From the NCBI GenBank assembly GCA_002104905.1, contig MCFE01000061.1, positions 129,233 to 193,232 on the forward strand: 64,000 bases of DNA, in the 5' to 3' direction. The translations under genes were made by a program, and so were the position numbers. Source of the DNA: Basidiobolus meristosporus CBS 931.73. Its lineage: Eukaryota; Fungi; Basidiobolomycota. This document shows, piece by piece, positions 53,590 through 62,090 of this stretch (the stretch's first letter is position 1; each line of letters opens with the position of its first letter). Below the pieces are notes generated by a model. The model saw only the letters and a program-made list of their open reading frames with translations. It did no database searches and had not been told where the DNA came from.

Positions 53590-53931
53590 TGTTGCAAATA
53601 CAATAATTGCACCTAAATATTCATCTTACTTGACCACCTAGGCCATTACCTACAAGTGTCTAAGAATTCTGACACAATTCCTTGTCAAGATTGGCTTAGA
53701 TTATGTTTAGGAAGATCCCAAGAACCTGTGTACAAAGCTTGGGGCTGCTTGAATAACCTTTAGAGATGTCTTGTTGTGGGTACCTGATGATTTGCAGATA
53801 ATATTCTATGTATTTGTTTTGCCAAGACCATGCAAAAGAAAAAATCCATCTTTTACAACCCTAACCCTAAGTGAGAACCACATAATCTACTTGTTCAGCC
53901 AATCACATCCAATATCTCCAAGACTCTTACA
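53590..53931 (+). repeat. Second, diverged copia LTR containing a short (CCCTAA)2 tract
   Basis: Shares cacctaaatattca, cattacct, gccaagac, accacataatctactt and ccaatatctc..agactcttaca with LTR1. Confidence 0.75.
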
Positions 53932-55205
53932 ACAAGATTTCTAGCATAGAAATGAGCAGGTTGAGTAACAAGTTATCCAATAGCCACCTAAGATTATAAC
54001 ACATTTGATTGGCATTTGTCAGCTTGTTTCTGTATACAGATCTAGCAAACTCCACAACCGCAGTAATATAAAAATTCAGCTTCTCAATCCACAAGCAAGA
54101 AAAACCTCTCAGCTGACCACAAACAGATTACTTTCAATCCCCTAGGGGCATGGGCATGCCAATGGCTCGCATAATTCATTCAAAGTGTAAGCGCTGAATC
54201 AAACAAACAATTGAATCACCAGTGGTTACATTTGTCAATTGGGTCATCAGCTCAAGGAATCTCACATTATTGATCAAATGTTGTTTCAATGATCGAGTCA
54301 ACTACAAAGTAGTCTACACATGCTATACATATATCTAAGTAATGGATATATGAGGTACCTTTTGGTCACAATTGTCCGACCTATAAGATGAAATGATAGA
54401 TATACATAAGCTCATCTGTTTGACAGCCAAGTCTTCCTCGCTGGAAGTCACCCAGTCCGGTTTGTGTCTCTTGATATCTACATCTGCGAAGGCATCCATG
54501 GTGCCACGGTACACAGTGTTGTAAAATTAAACCAAATGCCGCCTCATATTAAACCCTACTCGGTCCTTTTTGTAAGGAAGATATATATACAAGGGCCTGT
54601 CAAAGAATGTTCCGATGAGTGAAGGGAGTGAGCGCCAAAGTAGCAAGAGATGAGATAAATGGCAGTCTGGCCATGGTATTGGGTGGGGTACCACCAGAAA
54701 TCGGAAATGTCCTCTGTAGACCAAACAACAAAGGTGCCATGGAATATTTTGGTGACACTACGAGTCAATTCCTTTTATGGAATATTTACTCAACCATCGA
54801 TCATCGATGATACCGAAAATCTTCTAATGTTTACCTAATATTTCATTCATATCTAGATAGCATCAACCCATTTTGGCTGGCCAAAAGCCTTTGCAGTGTG
54901 ATCTCAATTGTTAGTTGATTGACGGCTCCGTAGCTAATTGAATGAAAACACATACGCACTCTCAAAGCTAAGATCCGAATTCCATACCAGGGGAAACTGG
55001 GATATGTCTCGCAGTTTGGTGCCCCTTCATGGAGGATAGATGAAGTAGCATTCGCCAACTCACTGATCATAACTATACAATGGACGATGTAACAAAAGAT
55101 TTGATTTCAGCAAAAGCCAACATACAACACACATGGGTCAACACAGTGGGAAAATTGGTAGCGAGGTAGCGAATGCGCATCAAATGCGAGTGACCATGGT
55201 GGGGG

Positions 55206-56468
55206 CTATTCATTGGTCCAAGCCTCCCAGTCTAGACTATGGATAGTGTCTTGCGATTGGGTCCGAAGTAGTGATACCAACCGGGCAATGTTCGAGCTGT
55301 AGCAACATATGAACTCCTCAGCTGTAGCTGCTAGTGTAATATCTGTGATAAGCTCAGCTGTTTGCTGGAACTGATGTTTCTCGCTAGTCACCTGGAAGTC
55401 AGCTGGCTTATAGCCTTGATGCTGCTCCAGTGGTGACCAACTGGTGGTACTTCTAGGGAGGTGAGTAAATGCATCCGACAACCCGAATACCTCGATATTG
55501 TGATGGTGCGCCAAAAGGCTCCGCAACTCCAGCAGAGCATCATCATCATCACCGAGTACAAACAGGGCGATTTCTCTGTTGGGATACTTTGTACTGGATA
55601 ATTCCTGGAGTTTCTCCACAAATACAGAAGTTTCTACTTTCTTTATCTCCCTCCGCAGCTTGTCTTTCCGATGAATATGCATCGAGATCAGAATCCGGTT
55701 GGAATCTTCCACATAATGTTTCCGAATGCTGTTCACCACATCCATGATGACTGGCTTCGGTTCCCACAATGCCTGTGCGACGACCTTTTTTCTTGCATAC
55801 ACTGGCTGCTTGATTGTCGCGATTTGGTGGTAAAAATCATCAAAGTTCTCCCCTGAATGAACTACAAACACATGGCCATTGAATCCTGGTTCTTGAATAT
55901 CCTTTGGGGTACCTGATGCTTCGTGCCAGCGCTCTGCACCGGGAGAATAGGTGTCAAGAACAATTGGTGCGTGTGTGTCTTGCGAATAATCGTAGAAGAA
56001 TGTAGACCACGATACATGGCACCACTCACGCGATTGTATGTGAAATGCAACATTATTATCGAGAGCGAAGAGGAACGCGCTGAACGCGTCGTTAATGTAG
56101 CTGCCGAAACCGGCGGTACACTTTGTCAGCATGAATGTAATGGAGGGCGTCTCTAGGGTGTAGTTGTGGGGTGGATAGGACTCTCTCAATACCTGAACAT
56201 CGGATGAGTTATATAGAGGTCTGATCCAGGTTTCCTGCGGAATCTGCAGTCTGACTAAGAAGAACAATACCAGCATACAGCACAAGAAAAACATCAGGCT
56301 GCAAAGAAATCTAAGATATCTACGAGATGGTCTATAGCTATTTACTGGCGGTTCATTGCCTTCTTCGAAGCGAAGCAAACTCCATTTGTTTGTTTTCATT
56401 ACATCGGCAGCTTTCCTTCTCCAGTAGCCCAAGGTGAGCTTGGGTGAATCAAACCAAAATTGATACAT
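55206..56468 (-). CDS. Type II membrane glycosyltransferase, alpha-1,6-fucosyltransferase (GT23/FUT8/NodZ-like), intronless
   Basis: N-terminal TM helix; GFGSYIN, SMHIHRKDK, LFVLGDD, TDITLA..FICCYSSNIARL follow the fucosyltransferase motif I/II/III order. Confidence 0.7.
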   Translation of the reverse strand: MYQFWFDSPKLTLGYWRRKAADVMKTNKWSLLRFEEGNEPPVNSYRPSRRYLRFLCSLMFFLCCMLVLFFLVRLQIPQETWIRPLYNSSDVQVLRESYPPHNYTLETPSITFMLTKCTAGFGSYINDAFSAFLFALDNNVAFHIQSREWCHVSWSTFFYDYSQDTHAPIVLDTYSPGAERWHEASGTPKDIQEPGFNGHVFVVHSGENFDDFYHQIATIKQPVYARKKVVAQALWEPKPVIMDVVNSIRKHYVEDSNRILISMHIHRKDKLRREIKKVETSVFVEKLQELSSTKYPNREIALFVLGDDDDALLELRSLLAHHHNIEVFGLSDAFTHLPRSTTSWSPLEQHQGYKPADFQVTSEKHQFQQTAELITDITLAATAEEFICCYSSNIARLVSLLRTQSQDTIHSLDWEAWTNE

Positions 56469-58280
56469 AATTATTAAAAATGAGGAAAAAAACCCTGACG
56501 CTTGCGTATTTATAAGGGCCGAAGATATGCCAAGTTTGGCACAATCGCTACCCCTGCACCTGAAGTTGAATCTAGTGATTTCCTTACTGAATCTGGTCAC
56601 ACTTATTACCAAAGACAGCAAGTAGTCGGCATAACACCATCAGAAGAAGCCATTGTCACTTGCCCTCATGCACTATCCAACCTACCCAAGAGTCCTCATA
56701 TGCGGACCATGAACCCTTGTTCTCAGATACTGCGTTCTAGGGCCAAGTGAACAGTTGGTTCCATGTATGATTAGTTCCGTGATGCCTTGATGGTCAATGC
56801 AAGTTATTCCTGGGCAAGCATCGGTCACCAAGTCTTATATATGTGATCTGTGATATTGCACAAGTGAGCGATGTAGGAATGCTCTAATCACAACATATTC
56901 CACAGTGTATAGAAGTGATGAGAACTGGCTCACATCTTCTATTGAGATGACGCCGGGGTAAGCGGAAACTTGGAGCTGATTTGGGTATTTAGGCGCCACT
57001 GTGCAGTTGATAAATCAGCTAATGGTGATCTATTTCATCTAATTGGTAGGCCCCCAAACTACAGGATCGTGTTGAGAGTTGGCAACCGTAAAGACTCTTG
57101 CCATGCCATAACTGGAAATTAACATTACAAGATATTGTGGTATTCACCACAGTGCGAAATCCAAGATAAGTATGGTAAAATACTTGAGTTATACTTACCC
57201 CCAAAGTACTTGATCCCAGGACCCTGATTTCATACAACAATGAATATTAGGGGGGATGAAAGTCACCAGGTGTTGAAATTTGTACGGTTGCTGATATGTG
57301 GCCAGAATGGCCAGTAGACTGGGGGCCCTGAGAGGAGTTTCTTGGCAACTACCGGCCAAGTTTACTAGGCAAATATGACCAATTAGTATTTCAGGGATTT
57401 CAGCCAATATAGCTTCAGGGGGGAGACAGTCACCTGCAGGTGATATCTTTATTTCAGTTGAAACAAAGAAGCCAGTATTACTGTTGTAACTTTTATTTAG
57501 GGGGGAGGAAAGTCACCAAGTGGTGAAATCTTTATTTACTTATGACAAGTATCTAAAGAAGCCAAGTTAATCTGAGGTAATTCCTAGAAAGCTAGGTCTG
57601 AGAGATATCTTCCTGGTAAGCCAGGTCTGAGAGTTGAGAAGCTGAGTGGTACTATATTTCCTAGTTAGCTAGGTCTGAGAGAGGTTAGGGTTAGGGTTAG
57701 GGGGGGAGGAAAGTCACCAAGTGGTGAAATTTTTATTTACTTATGACAAGTATCTAAAGAAGCCAAGTTAATCTGAAGTAATTCCTAGAAAGCTAGGTCT
57801 GAGAGATATCTTCCTGGTAAGCCAGGTCTGAGAGTTGAGAAGCTGAGTGGTACTATATTTCCTAGTTAGCTAGGTCTGAGAGAGGTTTCCTGGAAAGCCA
57901 GGCCTGAGAAGTGAGAATCTGAATATATCTGAACTAAGTTATACTGGTTTGCGGTAGCTGAATTGTGGCCGGAATGGCCAGTAGACTGGGGGAACTGAGA
58001 GGAATTTCTGGGCAATCACTGGCCATATTTACTAGGCAAATCTGGCCAATTAGCATTTCAAGGATTTCAGCCAATCAGAGCCTTTACTTTGCCCGATGGT
58101 TGATCAAGCCATCTCCCAATGAGCACACATCAATTTATTAATCAAATTTTGCTGGATCCAGGATTTGAACCCACAACCATGGGTATGGAAGGGTTAGGGA
58201 TAACCACAAGGCTAAGTAGGGGGGGGAGACAGTCACCAACAGGTGAAATCTTTATTTCAATTGAAACAAAGAAGCCAGCG

Positions 58281-60460
58281 CTACTGTTGTAGCTTTGATA
58301 CAAGAGTGTGTAGCTGAGGGGAATTTGTAGGTAAGTTAATAAGAAGTGATGATAGTTCTTCAGTGCTCAAGACACTGTTCAGTGGGAAGGGGGGTAGCAA
58401 GAGAGGTAAGAATGACTTGTGAACAACATTAATGAGGGGAATATGATAAGGATTGATATTCATCATAAAGGGAGTGTGCTGCTGCAGATATTGCTGCCAA
58501 AGGTCTGTTAAGTACTTCAGGTAGGCCAGCTTGGGTTTTTCTGACTGCAGAATAAATTCAGCAAACTTCTTGACTTCAGGATCTCCTAGTATAGTTCTCC
58601 AGCAGGAGCCAGGTGTTGTGTGGTGTATTCTCTTCCAGGCCTTAATCAGTGGGTTGTTGCAGTTGTGAAGTCTGAGGTATAATCTGGTTCTAAGGTAGAG
58701 AAGTCTGATCTTATAGGGCATAAACCCAAAGGCACCAAGAATAGCATGTCTGTAGGGGCATTCAGGCAAATGAGGCACCAAGGAGGTAATGCACCATACT
58801 GCAAACTTGTCAAGCTTAGTGCAGTCTCTAGAAGTAAGAGAGAGAAGTGGTAAGCCAAATTCCAGGACAGGGAAGACAAACTGCTTGAGTAGAAGGAGGC
58901 AGCTGGGAGCTGAAGTTGTAGGAGGAGTAACAGCCAGTAGCTTGTGGAGTGCCTGTCTTGCCAGGATAATTCTCTTCTTCAGGTGTGCCTCAGAGTCTAG
59001 TCCAGTAGGAAGGAAAGGAAAGCCAAGATATGTAGCAGAAACCTGAGCAGGTAGAGTGGAGTTCTCCAAGTTGATGGGAGAGCCCAAAGGTACTGTCTTT
59101 GCAATGGAAAGCTGGAGATTATTCTTCTGCAGATACTGGTGGATGGTCTGGGAGTCTTGTTGCACATTGGAGGAGGATATTCTGATGTCATCAGCAAAGA
59201 GAGTAACCAGGCAGTCAGCTGAGAGTCTTGGGAAATCATTCAGGAAGATGGCAAACAGTATAGGACCAAGCACAGAGCCTTGAACCACTCCATTAGGAAC
59301 TGAGAACACAGCTGATTGCTCACTTGGGTGCAGAATTCTTGCTTGTGGATCCAGAAACAGAGACCTGACAAGGAGGGTGAGAGAGGTACTGGAGAAGCAT
59401 TGCAACTTGGACCAAAGCAGATTTCTGTCAGCTGAATCAAAGGCCTTAGTAATATCAAACAGAACAGAGGGATACTTGCACTGGAGAGAGTGATCTTGGC
59501 TAAGTATGACTGCATATTCCAAGGAGAGGCCAGGAACAAAGCCAAACTGTGCAGGATGAAACTTGAGAGAGTCAGAGTAGAGCTCCTGAGCAAGCAGAAG
59601 CTCAAACACCTTTCTGCTGGTGGGCAGCAGAGATATTGGCCTGTAGGAGCTAGGATCCAGGTGCTTTCCTTTACCCTTGTACAGTGGCAGAACATTTGCA
59701 AAGGACCATTCCTCAGGAGTAGAAAGCTGGGCTGAGCATTGCTGAAACAGTGGAAGCAGAAGTGCAGACATGGCCTTGGTACTAGTCTTCAGAAGCTCAT
59801 AGGAGATTGTGTCCACACCTGGAGCAGTAGAGTTGGGAAGCCTCTTGAGCACATTATGGATTCTCCTTTGATCAAGTGCAAGTGGGATGGGCAGAGTCTT
59901 GAAGTCAGGATGAAAGCCAGGAGTTGAGTACTGCTTTGTAGAGAAGAAGATGTTAGCCAGCTGTTCTGTTGAAGGTAACTTCCTGGAAGAGGGCCTCATT
60001 GCCCTGTAGAGTCTTGATACTGTTCTTGTTATAGAGTTGGAAGATTGCAGAGGCAAGGAGCTCATAATATGATCCCAGAGCTGAGTATGCAGAGTGTGGT
60101 GAATTGCCATGGAGTGGTGCATTGCTGTCAGGAGGAGTTTCTCTGTTTTTGGGTTAGGGAAACTCAGGTAGCTTTGTTGCAGGGCTGAAACAATGGATTC
60201 CCATTTTCTTGAGGTAACAGCAGTAGTCTTGCATGGCAGTGAGAGGGAGGCAGACACCGGAATCAGATGCTTCACAAAGAGCCAGGCATAGTTGAGATCA
60301 TCTGGCAGAGAAAGTAGCAAACTGGCAAGCTTCAAGTAGTTCCCAAAGTCTTTCTTCTGATTCTTGGTAGCTTTGTGGGTGCGCACAGTAAGTTTTGGCA
60401 GCTTCTTCTTAACAACTGGTTGCATAGAAAGGGACCAGGCTGGGTGGTCAGAGGCTCTCA
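58281..60460 (-). CDS. Non-LTR (LINE-type) reverse transcriptase, 5'-truncated, frame uninterrupted (family B)
   Basis: APGVDTISYELLK, SYRPISLLPTSRKVFE, QFGFVPG, FDITKAFDS, GVVQGSVLGPILF, LFADD, YLGF. The frame runs right up to the telomeric junction; the annotated TTG start is the junction itself. Confidence 0.93.
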
Positions 60461-60772
60461 AGGGTTAGGGGGAGGGAAAGTCACCAAAGTAGGTGAAATC
60501 TTTATTTGATTTCAGACAAGTCTAACTACAAATAAAGAAGCCAGCTGGGAATAGAAGATTCCCAAAGTAAACACCAAGTTGAATATGAATAAATCTAAGC
60601 TAAAGTTAAGGCAGTATCCCAGAGTACACTGGAGTTCAGGTTCATGGGGGAGTGAAGTAGATAAGCTTGAGAGATATAATAATCTTTGAGGAAGTGGGTA
60701 ACAGCAGGTGAAGGGGAGTTTTTGATAAGTGAAGTGAATCTTGAGATCAGAGATTCCTCTTAGGGTTTAGGG

Positions 60773-61288
60773 GAGGAAAGTCACCAAGTGGTGAAATCTT
60801 TATTTACTTATGACAAGTATCTAAAGAAGCCAAGTTAATCTGAAGTTATTCCTAGAAAGCTAGGTCTGAGAGATATCTTCCTGGTAAGCCAGGTCTGAGA
60901 GTTGAGAAGCTGAGTGGTACTATATTTCCTAGTTAGCTAGGTCTGAGAGAGGTTTCCTGGGAAGCCAGGCCTGAGAAGTGAGAATCCAAATAAATCTGAG
61001 CTAAGTTATACTGGTTTGCGGTAGCTGAATTGTGGCCGGAATGGCCAGTAGACTGGGGGAACTGAGATGAATTTCTGGGCAATCACTGGCCAAATTTACT
61101 AGGCAAATCTGGCCAATTAGCATTTCAAGGATTTCAGCCAATCAGAGCCTTTACTTTGCCCGATGGTTGATCAAGCCATCTCCCAATGAGCACACATCAA
61201 TTTATTAATCAAATTTTGTTGGATCCAGGATTTGAACCCACAACCATGGGTATGGAAGGGTTAGGGATAACCACAAGGCTAAGTGTTC
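60773..61288 (-). mobile_element. Family A: tRNA-headed, non-coding SINE-like unit (probable full-length copy)
   Basis: Minus-strand head GAACACT-TAGCCTTGTGGTTA..GGTTGTG-GGTTCAAATCC has A-box/B-box at tRNA spacing. No ORF and no T4 run on the minus strand; shares its 3' tail with B and C. Confidence 0.7.
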
Positions 61289-61421
61289 TTGGTTAGGGGA
61301 GGGAAAGTCACCAAGGTAGGTGAAATCTTTATTTGATTTCAGACAAGTCTAACTACAAATAAAGAAGCCAGCTGGGAATAGAAGATTCCCAAAGTAAACA
61401 CCAAGTTGAATATGAATAAAT

Positions 61422-62090
61422 CTAAGCTAAAGTTAAGGCAGTATCCCAGAGTACACTGGAGTTCAGGTTCATGGGGGAGTGAAGTAGATAAGCTTGAGAG
61501 ATATAATAATCTTTGAGGAAGTGGGTAACAGCAGGTGAAGGGGAGTTTTTGATAAGTGAAGTGAATCTTGAGAGCAGAGATTCCTCTAATGAGAAGGTCT
61601 TGTAAACTGGAGAATCAGGAAACTCTTTAAAGGCATGGTCAGTAGGTTCCCAGTAAAGCTGGTCAGAGACATTTTGAGAGAACTCTTTAGCAATACTTTT
61701 GTCAAGTACTACCTCCAGAGTGTGATGGTTGATAAATCTCATGTTGACAATCTTGGATAAGTTGTAGCCTTGTTGCTTGAGATACATCCTATGCTCAGAT
61801 ATAGGAATAAACTCCACATTGGCAAAGTAGCAGACAGCCCAGTCAGTAGCAGGAGGCAAATCAGAAGTGGCAGGAAACTTTCTTTTGGTCTTGGGAGGAG
61901 CAGCAGGATGTCTTGAGGGAGCAGGAACAGACTTTTTGACAACTTCAGAGTAGGAAGAATGAGCAGGAGCAGATGATTCTTGGGGAGTCTTGCTGGCAGG
62001 AAGGGTTGGGACAGGGACAATAGATTCTTGCAGATCAGAGAAGGCAGAAAAGAGCTTTTGAACTTGTTTCTTGAGTAGAGCATTTTCAGC
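61422..62090 (-). CDS. ORF1/gag-like protein of family C, 5'-truncated (222 aa visible)
   Basis: Manual translation is open from the junction: AENALLKKQVQKLFSAFSDLQESI (coiled-coil-like), a Pro/Ser linker with SYSEVVKK, then WAVCYFANVEF..RMYLKQQGYNLSKIVNMRFINHHTLEVVL (RRM-like alternation); ends TLA*. Confidence 0.6.
   Translation of the reverse strand, partial: AENALLKKQVQKLFSAFSDLQESIVPVPTLPASKTPQESSAPAHSSYSEVVKKSVPAPSRHPAAPPKTKRKFPATSDLPPATDWAVCYFANVEFIPISEHRMYLKQQGYNLSKIVNMRFINHHTLEVVLDKSIAKEFSQNVSDQLYWEPTDHAFKEFPDSPVYKTFSLEESLLSRFTSLIKNSPSPAVTHFLKDYYISQAYLLHSPMNLNSSVLWDTALTLA

Larger units (their letters stand above)
50553..53931 (+). mobile_element. Decayed Ty1/copia LTR retrotransposon (LTR-PBS-gag-protease-integrase fragment; RT/RNaseH not seen)
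   Basis: TG..CA LTR 50553-50881; PBS-like GGCTATGGGTCCCA (50885-50898); gag from ATG 50916 (KLDGSNYQVWKVKMK), zinc knuckle, WYISSGASQH protease, LWHRRFRH..CEACIYGKQ, HSDLCGP..FIDDY integrase; homologous diverged LTR at 53590-53931. Confidence 0.88.

Noticed and set aside
50548-53936. LTR1 and LTR2 as a matched pair dating one insertion
   Set aside because: Flanks (gattg vs acaag) show no TSD, no polypurine tract precedes LTR2, and the LTRs are strongly diverged; they may come from different copies.
57503-57565. Hammerhead or HDV ribozyme in the shared tail hairpins
   Set aside because: No CUGANGA core on either strand, the GAAA..UH stem III register does not pair, and I could not fit an HDV nested pseudoknot. 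A covariance-model search would be needed to exclude it fully.
59240-59927. Overlapping short ORFs in and antisense to the RT, and similar 60-150 aa ORFs throughout the track
   Set aside because: They are alternate-frame or antisense shadows of identified genes or elements and lack motifs.
60151-60159. Internal GGGTTAGGG in the RT ORF as a healed break
   Set aside because: It encodes in-frame Pro-Asn-Pro (FPNPK) with the frame intact on both sides; most likely coincidental.
58281-60460. Penelope-like (Coprina/Athena) or MoTeR identity for the telomeric RT
   Set aside because: The motifs (APG.D.I, YRPISLL, QFGF, GV.QGS.LGP.LF) are LINE-type, an SDH remnant suggests APE, and there is no C-terminal GIY-YIG or CCHC/RLE domain.
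61218-61288. Functional tRNA-Trp gene
   Set aside because: A/B boxes and spacing are present, but the acceptor, D and anticodon stems do not pair and no T-run terminator follows.
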